From: a virus
IMG/VR virus record: IMGVR_UViG_3300017746_000001
Coordinates: 32,001-96,000 of that record
DNA: 64,000 nt
Reading direction: 5' to 3' (one strand)
Shown: piece after piece, positions 20,125 to 30,554 of the stretch
Layout: the number at the start of each line of letters is the position of its first letter
Numbering within the stretch: the stretch's first letter is position 1
Program-made: the position numbers and the translations under genes
Notes under the pieces: model-generated
Databases searched by the model: none
Told to the model about the DNA's origin: nothing
The model's input: only the letters and a program-made list of their open reading frames with translations

Positions 20125-23078
20125 AATCTCGGCACCCCACCTGCTGCGATTTCTCTCATAATTCTCTCGTGTTCTGCTGCTGTTGCGGCTTTACCCTCTT
20201 GAGATGCGGCATAGGCTTCTGCTGCTGCCACGGCTTCTGCTACTGCGGCTTCTTTAGCAGCAATTTCATTGTTTGATAGTCCGTTTCGCCATGTGATGTA
20301 GCCATCTCCGTCTGTGTTCATTGAAGCTATTGTTGAAGGTAGGCCGTCGCCTGTGTTGTTGTTATTTGCTGATGCGTTCTGCGTAGGCAAACTGTTCAAT
20401 ATGTTTTGAACTGCTTGTGGCAGTTGAGATGTTGTGTTTGTTGCTTGATTATTGGCTATCTTTTGGAATCGCTCTGCTTCTTGGAGACTATTGATATATG
20501 ACTTTACGGCACTTTCAGCACTATTGGATGTGCTAAAACTATCTTGAAGGGCTAATACTGATGAATAATTAAAATATTCTCCGTTAGAGGCTTCGGGCGG
20601 ATAAAGCGTGTATGCCCAACCCCTGTTTTGCCCCATAAAATTAGACAGGTCTGCTATTTCATAGTAATAGCCCATGTAAGAGCTTGGTCCCGTTTGTATT
20701 GGGGGTACTGGCTTAGGCGTTGGCTGTATTGGTCCTGGAACTATTGGAACGGTTTCTTCCTCCACATCTTCTATAAAAGCAGTAAATTCTTCGGGACTAC
20801 TTAACACTTCCACGGAATTAGTTGGGTACGCGACAATATCTTCATTACCCACAGGATAGAATACTAGAATATCTTCTGCTGATGTTAGATTGTATGCTCT
20901 CTTATATCCAATTTCCGATACAGCAAATCTCTGCTTACCTGCAATATCAAGCGGAGAATCTAGGTCATAAGCCCCCATATACTGTACTGTTGGGCTAGTT
21001 CCTCTCTGAACTGCGATCCTACTTACCTTCCATTTTGTTCCTGCAGGTGTCGGGTCTATCCCTAATACTACTGGCCCTGTTGATTCTTGAGTTATCTCAA
21101 TGGTTTCGTTAAATGAAATACTTGGTTTCGTTGTTTTTTCAACTTGGATTGTCTCCATCGCTTCGCCAATTTCCACTTCGGCAGGCAAAGGCGGTAATAG
21201 GACTTCGAAGTAATCGAAAGCTTCCTCATTACTTGCTGTCCCTGCTGCGTTCGGCCAACCCTTATCGATAGCAGTAAGGCTTCTGATAGCATAAATTGTA
21301 TTGGTTTCTGCAGATTTACCAGTAGGCAATCTTGGAATTGGATTTTTTAGGTTATAATCGACGATTGTCAATGAACTGTCAATCATTTTTACCCCTGCTG
21401 CACCTATTGGCGTAGTGTCTCTTTCGCTTGTATCTCGGAAGAAAACCCCTGCAGGTACACTAAATGTCCCTATTTTGTTATCGGTTTTTTCCCCTGTTTC
21501 GGTTTGAGATATAATGAATGCATCATATACACCAGGAGGAAGCACCACAGATGCAACTCCTGACAGATCTGTTGCAGTAGTGATTGTATCTCTTGCTGAA
21601 AGCCAAGTATTTTCATTTGAGGGGCGGAATTCAACATTCATCAACCTTACAGGGATTTTATCGTCGAAGTCTAAGGCTTCTCTCGCTGCTTCTCCTGCTG
21701 TTGATTGATATTCTTCTTGAGTGATTACCCCATCAGAGTTTCTGTCAGCTTGTTCCCAAAGTGCTGTTTGCTTCAATCTAGATATTTTCAGCCTTAGCCT
21801 TACAGTTTGATGGTTTGGTAAATCTGAAATTTTATTTAGGGTTGACCATTTACTGATTACTTGGCCGTTTTCATTCATTACTAGATGCATCGGTACTGGT
21901 TCTAGGTAAATTGGGACTCTTACTTCGTGTGAAGTCCCCATTCCTGTAAAAGAAAACACTTGGTTTGTTAGAACTTGTCCGGACTTAGGGGGTGAAATGC
22001 TTCCTTTACGGTCATTTGGACCGCGAGATGTATTACTGTAAGTTTTCAATCGTGCGTCCGACCATGCAGACTGGGTATGAAGCTCTGGAACTAATACTTG
22101 GACTCTAAATGTGCCTCTGTGCGGTATTTCATCGTTTATTTTGTATCTAAATAATTGGTGTTGGCCGTCTGTTGAATCTATATCGTTTTCAAAAAGCGTC
22201 GCACCAGAAGGAAAGTTTCCAGGGTCTTTACCCGCATTTGTTCTATCGTAAGCCTCTCTTAAGTTGATTGCGCCTTTTACACTTACCGCATACGGTAAAT
22301 TCTCTATCTTGTTACCTTTCTGATCTATGAATGTGATTTTGAATCTTGAATAGGGAGTGTTGGGTAGTAAAGTCTCATTTTCGTTTGAAGAGAAGTTGTT
22401 TAGTGACCCTTCATATTCTGACATTTGATATGCACTTCTTACTACTCTGTTGGCTCTTAAGATTTCAGCAATGACATTAGGCTCGATATAATCCATCAAA
22501 ACAGACTCTCTCATATCTTTTAGGGCTTGCATTCTTACTTCTTTTGGATAAGACCTATAGTAAATAGCAGCGTTTCTGTATGCAGTTTCTTTCCCCCAAA
22601 TGAACCCCTCTGGGAATCTTAGATCTAATGCAGTCTTTTGCGACCCCATGTGATTTACTCCTGGCCTTTGCAATTCTTGGATTAGTGGTTTTTCGAAACT
22701 CTCTAGTGAAGTTAGAATTGAATCTAAATCTTGGAAGGATGTGGCTAACTGTACCTTTACCCCCGTTGATGATCCAGAACCATGACCAGATATAGAATAT
22801 TGTTGGAATTTGGCATATGCGGTTTTAGCATCTCTTTCAACAAAATTTGTGCCATCTGCTGAATTATCAAAGGTTGTGGGGTACAACTTCTTTTGTTGAG
22901 GTGTTGTGTAGTTTTCCACTATGATATAGCATAACCCACCACTTTCATGTCGAGCAGAAAGTAATGATAAGTTTTCTTGATATTTTGCTACACTCCAATT
23001 ATAATTTGCTGTACCGCTACCTGAATTCGAAGCGCTACCAAGCGCTCTCAATCTCAAAGAACGGTAATCTGCTTGCAT
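20121..23078 (-). CDS. Large putative virion surface/spike-like protein with EF-hand-like loops
   Basis: 985 aa; beta-rich; DRNSDGVITQEEY and NTDGDGYIT Dx[DN]xDG loops. Confidence 0.65.
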   Translation of the reverse strand: MQADYRSLRLRALGSASNSGSGTANYNWSVAKYQENLSLLSARHESGGLCYIIVENYTTPQQKKLYPTTFDNSADGTNFVERDAKTAYAKFQQYSISGHGSGSSTGVKVQLATSFQDLDSILTSLESFEKPLIQELQRPGVNHMGSQKTALDLRFPEGFIWGKETAYRNAAIYYRSYPKEVRMQALKDMRESVLMDYIEPNVIAEILRANRVVRSAYQMSEYEGSLNNFSSNENETLLPNTPYSRFKITFIDQKGNKIENLPYAVSVKGAINLREAYDRTNAGKDPGNFPSGATLFENDIDSTDGQHQLFRYKINDEIPHRGTFRVQVLVPELHTQSAWSDARLKTYSNTSRGPNDRKGSISPPKSGQVLTNQVFSFTGMGTSHEVRVPIYLEPVPMHLVMNENGQVISKWSTLNKISDLPNHQTVRLRLKISRLKQTALWEQADRNSDGVITQEEYQSTAGEAAREALDFDDKIPVRLMNVEFRPSNENTWLSARDTITTATDLSGVASVVLPPGVYDAFIISQTETGEKTDNKIGTFSVPAGVFFRDTSERDTTPIGAAGVKMIDSSLTIVDYNLKNPIPRLPTGKSAETNTIYAIRSLTAIDKGWPNAAGTASNEEAFDYFEVLLPPLPAEVEIGEAMETIQVEKTTKPSISFNETIEITQESTGPVVLGIDPTPAGTKWKVSRIAVQRGTSPTVQYMGAYDLDSPLDIAGKQRFAVSEIGYKRAYNLTSAEDILVFYPVGNEDIVAYPTNSVEVLSSPEEFTAFIEDVEEETVPIVPGPIQPTPKPVPPIQTGPSSYMGYYYEIADLSNFMGQNRGWAYTLYPPEASNGEYFNYSSVLALQDSFSTSNSAESAVKSYINSLQEAERFQKIANNQATNTTSQLPQAVQNILNSLPTQNASANNNNTGDGLPSTIASMNTDGDGYITWRNGLSNNEIAAKEAAVAEAVAAAEAYAASQEGKAATAAEHERIMREIAAGGVPRL

Positions 23079-23081
23079 TAC

Positions 23082-25883
23082 TCAACCCCACCTGTGACCT
23101 TGTCTTGGATCTTCGAAGCGATGTGCGCCGCTTGTTCTTGTCGAGGTTGTAGTCGATGTCGAAGCTCCGAGACCTGCATTATCTTCTCGGTGGAATCTTC
23201 GCGGGTCATGGCTAGTTGAAGTGGTGCTAGATGTGCTACCTAATATTGGCCTTCTCCCCGCTTGGATGTTTCTTGCTATAGATTGCTTAGTAGGTATTCG
23301 AACAAGTTTGTTTCTATCCATTCCATGATTTATTATCTTAGGCTTTGGCTTTGGTAATATTTTTTCGACATTCTGTTGAGAAGGTAATCTTGCTATTGCA
23401 TTAGCGACTTTTTGCGCTGGACTTCTCTTATTGACAGGTTTTACTATTGGCCTGACCGTTGGTGCCTTTTGAGGTGGCCCTGGATTGACGCTTGGAGGAA
23501 CTGGCCTTGCTTTAGGTGGTCCAGGCTTTACTGTTGGCGGTCTGCTTGGCGGTATTGGCCTTGCTTTAGGCGGAGGGGCTACTGGCATCGGTTTTCCTTG
23601 AGGTGGCGCTATTGGCTGTATTAGCCCTGGATCTATTGGAATAGGTAATGGCCTTTTGTTCCCGTTAGCAGGAGGAGCCCCATTTGGTGGCCTTGGCCTG
23701 ATTATAGGAACGGGCTTAGGCTTAGGCTTAGGTGTTGGCTTTGGAATTACAGGCGGCATAGGCCTAGGCTTTGGCTTAGGCTTAGGTGTTGGCTTTGGAA
23801 TTACAGGCGGCATTGGCAATGGCTTTGGCTGAGGCTTAGGCGTTGGCTTTGGAATTACAAGACTTCCACTGTCTATCCATTTTTTAGCTTCTTGGAGGCC
23901 GCTATGTCTTGTTATTTTGTCATATACTACTTTACCTGTTTCTCCCCTTTGCATTGAAACAATGACTGTGCGCTCCTTATCTCCTGTAAATCTTCCATAG
24001 GCGTTCTGAGTGGGCATTATACTTGCATGAAAAATTTCATATCCTCTGTAAACAGAACGATTTGCCTCTTTCATAAAGTAAGAAAGTTCCTTTTGTCTCA
24101 GGAATGCATCTGGCATTGGCTTAGGCTTAGGCTTAGGCTGAATAATCGGTGAAGGCAACGGAGTTACCTGTTGTCGATTCATAAAGCGTTTGATGTCATT
24201 TAGGTACATTTTTGCTTTTGGGAATGGTCTTCCATCATTCATTATAGGCTTCCACATTTCGGGCCAACTATCCAACGGACCAAGGTAATTTTGGTTATAG
24301 AAAGTGGGGTTCATTCCCGTATCACTTAACATGAATTTTGCAAATTCTGGAGATGTCAATAACTTCAAGTTCTGCTCGCCTAAATTCGTAATCAATTTTT
24401 CATGTTGGTTAACATAAGATTGTAATAGCCGTTGTTTTTCATTAGCGGCTTTCTTTTCGTTTGCGGCTTTCTTTGCTGCGGCTGCTGCTGCGGCCTCTTC
24501 TTGCTTCTTCTTCTCTTCAAGCAATTTTGCCTGACGGGCTTCGGCTTCAAGTTGAGCCTTCAAAGTGGCCTCTCTAGCCTTTCTAGCTTCGTTTGCCTTT
24601 CTCTTGGCTAGTGCGTTGGCTTCTTTCTTTGCTTTGTTCGCTGCGTTCTTTCTCACCTTAGCCTCTGCTTCACGAATTGCGGCTTCTGCGGCTATTTGAG
24701 CGAGTTTTTCTCTTTCTAGTCGTGCTGCTTCTCTCGCTCTTGCTTCTGCTTCGAGTCTTTGCTTCTCAGCGAGTTCTGCCTCTACTCTCTGCTGCTGTGC
24801 GATTCTTTGTAATTCGAGTTCTTTTTGTCTCTGGTTAACTACTGGATTTATTGTAGGCTGAGGAGTTACTAAAATTTGGTTCGTAGAGTTTCCAGTTATG
24901 ACATTACTCTCATTCATTCTTTGATTTAGAGTATTGTTGGCCTGCTGTACGAAGTTCGCTGCCCAATCTAGTTCGTCTTGGTCTGCCATTGGATCTGCAA
25001 GAGTATCTATTGCGGCATTTCTAACTTCAACTAATTCTTTTATCGGCATTGCGTTAGTATTCACAGGTGCAACATCAGGTATAATTTCGTTAGCCACTAA
25101 TTTGTTTGATGTAACCGCCTTTGTAGCATCTCTAAGATCCGCAGACACCATGTTTTGTGCCGCGATTAAGTTCATCTCTCCATTTACAACTGCAGTTACT
25201 ATTTCTGCTGCTCTTTGCCTATCATACCCTTCACTTGTTAATGATGCTCCAGCATTTCTAGCGTTGCTTAGAATGTAGTTTTTGGCTGCAGATACAGGTA
25301 TTCCTTCGTCTATTGCCCCTTCAACCCTAGTCCTTACCGAGTCCGATAATTTAGCAAGTGCATTAACAACCGCAGGAGTGTTTGAAATATCGCTCCAGAC
25401 ACCATCTAGGCTCATTCTTGTCCCAAGTAATTTTGAAGACCTCATGTTTTCAACAGTATTGAGTGCTGCATTGAAACTGGAAGGCGCTGAATTTGATTGT
25501 AGTCGGTCCATGATACTATCAGTAGCTACATCTGTGTAGGCATTCTGTAGTTGTGCTTGTCTGATTTTACTTTGTGACACCATTCTACGAGGCCCGTCTA
25601 ATTCTTGGCTGACTGCTAAGGATTCCTTGTACCCAATAGGCCTTGGACTTAGATTTAATTCATCTCTACCATAAAAACCGTCTTGGTTTAGGGCTAAGGG
25701 AGATTTTGCATACAACACTCTATCTAGGTTTTTTACAAGTCTTTCTCTTCTTGAAAGATACATTGCCTTTGTCATACGATTTTCCGAGTAGGCTCTTTCT
25801 AATTTGTTTATAGCCTTCTGCGTTGCTTCAAGTTCGTTTTCTGTAATTTGGGTGTGGCTTCGGTTGTTAAACATCTTTTTCAC
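23082..25883 (-). CDS. Coiled-coil and Pro/Lys-rich repeat protein
   Basis: 933 aa; Ala/Glu/Lys coiled coil followed by PKPTPKPKP repeats. Confidence 0.8.
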   Translation of the reverse strand: MKKMFNNRSHTQITENELEATQKAINKLERAYSENRMTKAMYLSRRERLVKNLDRVLYAKSPLALNQDGFYGRDELNLSPRPIGYKESLAVSQELDGPRRMVSQSKIRQAQLQNAYTDVATDSIMDRLQSNSAPSSFNAALNTVENMRSSKLLGTRMSLDGVWSDISNTPAVVNALAKLSDSVRTRVEGAIDEGIPVSAAKNYILSNARNAGASLTSEGYDRQRAAEIVTAVVNGEMNLIAAQNMVSADLRDATKAVTSNKLVANEIIPDVAPVNTNAMPIKELVEVRNAAIDTLADPMADQDELDWAANFVQQANNTLNQRMNESNVITGNSTNQILVTPQPTINPVVNQRQKELELQRIAQQQRVEAELAEKQRLEAEARAREAARLEREKLAQIAAEAAIREAEAKVRKNAANKAKKEANALAKRKANEARKAREATLKAQLEAEARQAKLLEEKKKQEEAAAAAAAKKAANEKKAANEKQRLLQSYVNQHEKLITNLGEQNLKLLTSPEFAKFMLSDTGMNPTFYNQNYLGPLDSWPEMWKPIMNDGRPFPKAKMYLNDIKRFMNRQQVTPLPSPIIQPKPKPKPMPDAFLRQKELSYFMKEANRSVYRGYEIFHASIMPTQNAYGRFTGDKERTVIVSMQRGETGKVVYDKITRHSGLQEAKKWIDSGSLVIPKPTPKPQPKPLPMPPVIPKPTPKPKPKPRPMPPVIPKPTPKPKPKPVPIIRPRPPNGAPPANGNKRPLPIPIDPGLIQPIAPPQGKPMPVAPPPKARPIPPSRPPTVKPGPPKARPVPPSVNPGPPQKAPTVRPIVKPVNKRSPAQKVANAIARLPSQQNVEKILPKPKPKIINHGMDRNKLVRIPTKQSIARNIQAGRRPILGSTSSTTSTSHDPRRFHREDNAGLGASTSTTTSTRTSGAHRFEDPRQGHRWG
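23712..23859. repeat. Intragenic tandem repeat, about 3 x 54 bp
   Basis: cttaggYgttggctttggaattaca at 23727, 23781 and 23835; encodes VIPKPTPKP units. Confidence 0.85.
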
Positions 25884-27472
25884 TCCATTAAAGAATCTGA
25901 AAGGTGCTGCAGTAAATCTGCCACCTCAGATAGTGGTTCGCTCTTGCCTATTTCTATAGGGCCAAGAGAAAACAAGGGATCTCTCTTCTCCATTGAATCA
26001 TCTCTTTGGCCGAAGTCAATTATTTCTTCAATCATATTTCTGTATGATTCTGTTCTTTGCGAATAAGTCATATCTCTAAGTGCCATTACTCTTGCTGTTC
26101 CAGGCACATAATCTAGTAGCGTTCCAAGTCTTGCAACCTGTTCTAACACTAGCACCTCATCCCTGTCTAGATAATCAGATACCATGTCTATTGCTGACAC
26201 GAATTCTTCCATCTTTGCAATCTTCTCGGCTGAAATCGCCTTTTGCATGTATATTGATGAACCCTGCGCTGAAACTGCTGCTTCTTGAGCCAATCTTAGG
26301 TTAGCGAAAAGGTAGTTTTCTATGTCAATGTATACACCCGATAGGTGATTGACCCACATCCTTACTAAATCAGACTCGTTTTCAGATACAATTAGGTTTT
26401 GAGATTCTTTCAATTCTTTCATTTTACCTGCAAGGAACTCAACATCGGCTGAGAGTTTAGCACCTTGCTCCCTTACAGATTGTATTTCTGCTTCGTTATA
26501 CAAGTAATTTGCCTCACTTTTTCTCAATTGTTGTAAGATTGGATTCAAAAGTTTCATTTCACTAGATAATTGGGCATTCAGAGTTTTGATAGCAGAATTC
26601 ATTCCGGTAGCATCGCTATATGTCGCTTGTAATCTTTGGACTTGTATTCCTAATCCTCTGATTCTTTGAGAAAGTTCCCCGTTTGCCTTACCTAGTTCAG
26701 TTAGTTTCTTTGATGCGTTGGCATGAGACATTCCGTCCTCTTTTCTTACTGCATTGGACATTACTGATTGGTAGTGTTCGATTTGGCTTACTACTGAGTT
26801 ATGCTGACCCTCTGCGCTTTTCAATTCCTTTGATAGTTTTGATATTTCTTTTGCTGCTTGTTGCGAGTAAAGTATGCCTTGGCTTATTTGGTCAATTTCT
26901 GCATCCAAGACTGCAATGTTTCGTTGCTTTGCCTCTACTTCTTTCCTCATAGCAGTAATAGCCTCGTAGCTGATGTAATCTTCTTCTAGATCAGCCATTC
27001 TGTTCACTAGACTACTCATCATCTGTAGTTTTGCGTTATATTCTGTCTCAATAGTTGCCATTTCTTGCCCTACTGCACCAGACATAGAGCTTCTCTGCAA
27101 TAGTGCGTTAATCATGGGCTCGAATGTTGCTGAGGCGATTTGTATTCTTCCTAAGTCCCTTGAAGGTTGAATTGCAGGTAGCGATGTCCCTCCTATTCCG
27201 TGAGCAGGGATGTATTGATTCATAGCCAATAATTCACCTATCTTCCATAGTTTTTCCCCGACTATTGCTTTGTAAGCACCGTTAGATATGGCTTCGATTT
27301 CTGCAAGAGTAGGGGCTATGTCGAACTTTGAGAAACCCGTCCTTACCTCTAATGCTTTTGGTAATTGTTTGTATATCGATTGCCAAAACCCATAGTAAGG
27401 AAATACACCTAATGGTGGTGCGTTACCTGGTACATCTATCATCAGACCTGATACTCTATCTTGTTTCTTCAT
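25880..27472 (-). CDS. Long coiled-coil protein
   Basis: 530 aa; heptad-rich central region. Confidence 0.8.
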   Translation of the reverse strand: MKKQDRVSGLMIDVPGNAPPLGVFPYYGFWQSIYKQLPKALEVRTGFSKFDIAPTLAEIEAISNGAYKAIVGEKLWKIGELLAMNQYIPAHGIGGTSLPAIQPSRDLGRIQIASATFEPMINALLQRSSMSGAVGQEMATIETEYNAKLQMMSSLVNRMADLEEDYISYEAITAMRKEVEAKQRNIAVLDAEIDQISQGILYSQQAAKEISKLSKELKSAEGQHNSVVSQIEHYQSVMSNAVRKEDGMSHANASKKLTELGKANGELSQRIRGLGIQVQRLQATYSDATGMNSAIKTLNAQLSSEMKLLNPILQQLRKSEANYLYNEAEIQSVREQGAKLSADVEFLAGKMKELKESQNLIVSENESDLVRMWVNHLSGVYIDIENYLFANLRLAQEAAVSAQGSSIYMQKAISAEKIAKMEEFVSAIDMVSDYLDRDEVLVLEQVARLGTLLDYVPGTARVMALRDMTYSQRTESYRNMIEEIIDFGQRDDSMEKRDPLFSLGPIEIGKSEPLSEVADLLQHLSDSLME

Positions 27473-27786
27473 TTCAACGACCTCTTGTTTAAGTAATAAT
27501 TTAGTGCCAGACCTAAGACGACACCTGTAACGATTGCATTTCCGGTTGTCAAATTGATTGCCCCTAGTTTGGGTGTCTTGAAACTAATTGGTATTGGCAA
27601 CCTTGTGCGCACCGCATTTTGTGAGATTGATAGATTGTTTTCTTCGGCAGTCAGTCCCATGTTAGATCCGAACAAGTAATCCGGCTTTGTCAATATGTTG
27701 GATTTGGAGAATGCTCCTGGTTTCGTAGCGAAGTTGTTTGGAGTTATTTCTCCGTTTCTTATTGCTTGATTGCCCATTATGTTCAT
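27469..27786 (-). CDS. Small C-terminally anchored membrane protein
   Basis: 105 aa; SD AGGTGA; AIVTGVVLGLALNYYL. Confidence 0.75.
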   Translation of the reverse strand: MNIMGNQAIRNGEITPNNFATKPGAFSKSNILTKPDYLFGSNMGLTAEENNLSISQNAVRTRLPIPISFKTPKLGAINLTTGNAIVTGVVLGLALNYYLNKRSLK

Positions 27787-27899
27787 TATTGTTCACCTTC
27801 TGTAATTCGGGCGTAGCCTATTCCTGCTAAGGCCGATATTAGCAAAAACGCTGTTGTGCCGTTGCTAGTTATTTCTCGGATTGTACCTAGTGTACTCAT
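27786..27899 (-). CDS. Very small membrane protein (not in ORF track)
   Basis: MSTLGTIREITSNGTTAFLLISALAGIGYARITEGEQ, 37 aa; overlaps both neighbours by 1-4 nt. Confidence 0.6.
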   Translation of the reverse strand: MSTLGTIREITSNGTTAFLLISALAGIGYARITEGEQ

Positions 27900-28291
27900 T
27901 CGTTATCCCCCTCGCTGAAATATTGATACGACTTGTAGGCTCCAAACGCAAGAATTGTCCCTACACCAATCAAACCGACTGTTTTTGATGCGTTACCTAA
28001 TCTGCCTCTGCTTACTTTTGGTTTGTCAATACTACCAAGAGAGGGCATTTGAACCATATTTTCACTCGGAAGAGGTTGAGGGTTTGTTCTTGGCGTGTAA
28101 GCGAATTCTGGAGGTATTGGCCTTGCGGCTACTTTTGGCGGATCTAGGTTAATCCCTGATTGGTGACTCCCCATTCTTTGAGGCGCTGCAGGTTTTCTTC
28201 CTACATGAGACATCCCTGATAATTCCATAGGCATTTTAACATTTGAAGTTTTTTCTGCTCCTTCTAGTTGCGCGTGTAATCTATTCATCAT
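27896..28291 (-). CDS. Small C-terminally anchored membrane protein
   Basis: 131 aa; VGLIGVGTILAFGAY. Confidence 0.75.
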   Translation of the reverse strand: MMNRLHAQLEGAEKTSNVKMPMELSGMSHVGRKPAAPQRMGSHQSGINLDPPKVAARPIPPEFAYTPRTNPQPLPSENMVQMPSLGSIDKPKVSRGRLGNASKTVGLIGVGTILAFGAYKSYQYFSEGDNE

Positions 28292-28292
28292 A

Positions 28293-29075
28293 TCATCTGA
28301 ACCCCTTTGGTATGAGTCTATTCTCCTTTGGCGTTAAATCGTAATTCTCCACCAGAAGAGGAATGTAACTAGAAATTCTGACTGATTTCCCTAGCTCGAA
28401 AGGATGAATCAGTTCTACAGGAAACCAATCATGGCCGAACATTGGGTTTGGACTAAATGTTTTTGTCGCTAACATAACATGAGAATATGCTCCTTTCGGA
28501 CCCCCTGCATCCACTATAAGCAACATTGACGGATAGCCTGCCGCATTTAGGGCGCATGCACACGCGGCTGCTATATCGTCGCAATCCGCGCCTGATTCGC
28601 CCGCTTGAATATCTCTGATTACTTTTGGTGGGCTTTGAAAATACTCTACCGAATACGGGTCTTTTTGGTATCGATAAGAGCCTTGGTCGCCATATAGCAG
28701 AGGCTTTCCGATTTCATTGTTGCCTACATTATTATGATTAGTGCCTTGGAAATACGAAACGATTGCTTGTATTTCACCCAATTCATCGTGGTTTCGTAAT
28801 TTTTTTGTATTGAAGAGGCGACGAGTGAATTGTATCACTTCTGGGTCTGCAACATATTTTGATGCCATTTCTTGAAGTATCCTTATTGTTCTTTCGAACG
28901 CTCTTGGATCACCATTGAAAGTAAATCTTGCTTGTTGTTTGACACCACCCGATGTTGAGACACTATGGCTTTCGTCAGCGCCCCATCTTGCTCTTGCGAT
29001 AGGGTTCGAAAATGCTGCTAGCCCCTCACCCATGTTAGTCGCATAGGGGTATAGAGGATAAACTCGACCCGTCAC
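28293..29075 (-). CDS. Transglutaminase-like cysteine protease/cross-linking enzyme
   Basis: RYQKDP..EYFQSP..GADCDD..YSHV..W.PVE pattern with Cys-His; GTG start at 29075 inferred from the duplicated N-terminus. Confidence 0.8.
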   Translation of the reverse strand: MTGRVYPLYPYATNMGEGLAAFSNPIARARWGADESHSVSTSGGVKQQARFTFNGDPRAFERTIRILQEMASKYVADPEVIQFTRRLFNTKKLRNHDELGEIQAIVSYFQGTNHNNVGNNEIGKPLLYGDQGSYRYQKDPYSVEYFQSPPKVIRDIQAGESGADCDDIAAACACALNAAGYPSMLLIVDAGGPKGAYSHVMLATKTFSPNPMFGHDWFPVELIHPFELGKSVRISSYIPLLVENYDLTPKENRLIPKGFR

Positions 29076-29086
29076 ACCGTTACGGT
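29040..29086. repeat. 47-bp exact direct repeat, copy 2
   Basis: Identical to 17740-17786. Confidence 0.95.
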
Positions 29087-30501
29087 TGTTCAAAATCTGA
29101 AAGTATCATTTGCCCATCTTCGATTGTGATTCCTCGGCCTTGAAGTGATTGTTCGAATCGTGTTATCGCCCGACCCATTCTTTCTGTAAAAGCGGCTCTA
29201 TCTGCCTCAAATGTATCATTCCATACTGCATTACGCCTTTCTTCTTCGCGTAATCTTCTCTCTTCTTCCCTGGTAATCATTTCTTCGTATGTGTTATTCA
29301 TCTTCTCAATAAGGTTGAGTAGTTGCGTTTGCATGTTATCTGCTATTCTTGTAGTAGTGTTAACTGCGTTTTCCTCGATGATTTCTATTTGCTCGCTAGC
29401 AAGTTTACCTACATTCTCTCCAACGCCTTCAACGACTTTCATCAACGAGTCTAGTGTCATAACAGGGTTTGCTTGCATGGCGGCTTGCTTGCCTGTTTTT
29501 GCATCTAAATGAACTATGTTGTCCTTAAGCAAGTCGTGAGAACCGTCTGCCGTGATGCCATCGGCCATCCGAAGCATCCTTGGCTCGCCTGATTTCCTCC
29601 TTCTGATGACTTCTTTTGCTAATTCAGGGTCGTACCTAGATACTCCGAACTCCATTTCTTGTGAGTTCTTTTGCTTAGGGAAACCGAATGTCCACCCGTA
29701 TTCTTTAGACAATTGCCCCATTATATCCCATAGGACTTTTGCAACCCTTTGCTTAATTGTATCTTCATCCATAGCTTCTTCGGCAGTTACAGGCATTCGC
29801 CCAGGCATCGTTAGCCGTACAGGGTGTCCATCACACCAGTCACCATATACTAATCCTTGATCAGTTTCCTTGACCTTCCTCTTAAAATGCACTTTCCATG
29901 TTCCGACTTCCGTCTGTATTTCTGGAGCATTGAACGATTGCCACCCCCTAACGACCCTTCCCGATGGCCTAACACCCATTCTTTCGAGTTGCTGTATGTC
30001 GAATTGATGCGCTTTTCCGCCTCTAGCCCCGTTTGTATCGATTGGGAGGTTCCAATCTAGGCGGTGAATGTCGATTACAGGCATAACACCCCCTGGTAGT
30101 GGTGTCCAGACTGCCTGCTCACGATGAACCCCCATATTAGACTGCAACTTAGTGATGTTATTCTCCATTTCAACGCTTCTAGCCCCTGGCTTGTATGCCT
30201 TGAACCTCAAACTAACAGAGCCTTTTCTTACCTGTTCAAGCTCCTTTTGATGTTCTATGTAGTTGTTGGACTGAACGATGTACTGCTCGTCAATCAATTT
30301 CTTTATCCATCTGCTAGTTGTTGACTTGTTAATCTCTAAGGTTCGAGTAATGTTAGCAGCGATCTGCCCCTCCCGAATTATTAGATAGTAAATTGCTGCC
30401 TTTTTCGTCAGAGTTCTTCCAGTAGCCCACCAAGTTGCAATCATGGTTGCGGTATCTGATGTCATGTGCAACTTGGCCTCCTGGAAGTTTGGCGGGTGCA
30501 A
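29080..30501 (-). CDS. Winged-HTH protein with C-terminal coiled coil (possible replication initiator or regulator)
   Basis: 473 aa; AANITRTLEINKSTTSRWIKKLIDEQYI is MarR/wHTH-like; true start may be downstream (MTSD). Confidence 0.6.
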   Translation of the reverse strand: MHPPNFQEAKLHMTSDTATMIATWWATGRTLTKKAAIYYLIIREGQIAANITRTLEINKSTTSRWIKKLIDEQYIVQSNNYIEHQKELEQVRKGSVSLRFKAYKPGARSVEMENNITKLQSNMGVHREQAVWTPLPGGVMPVIDIHRLDWNLPIDTNGARGGKAHQFDIQQLERMGVRPSGRVVRGWQSFNAPEIQTEVGTWKVHFKRKVKETDQGLVYGDWCDGHPVRLTMPGRMPVTAEEAMDEDTIKQRVAKVLWDIMGQLSKEYGWTFGFPKQKNSQEMEFGVSRYDPELAKEVIRRRKSGEPRMLRMADGITADGSHDLLKDNIVHLDAKTGKQAAMQANPVMTLDSLMKVVEGVGENVGKLASEQIEIIEENAVNTTTRIADNMQTQLLNLIEKMNNTYEEMITREEERRLREEERRNAVWNDTFEADRAAFTERMGRAITRFEQSLQGRGITIEDGQMILSDFEQP

Positions 30502-30554
30502 GTTGGTTCATAATACTACTGTGGCTGATAATGTATAGAACTTGCTTTCTAATT

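Noticed and set aside
7305-29075. Major capsid protein, packaging ATPase, terminase or tape measure assignment
   Set aside because: No Walker A packaging ATPase or recognisable capsid motifs; coiled coils alone are insufficient
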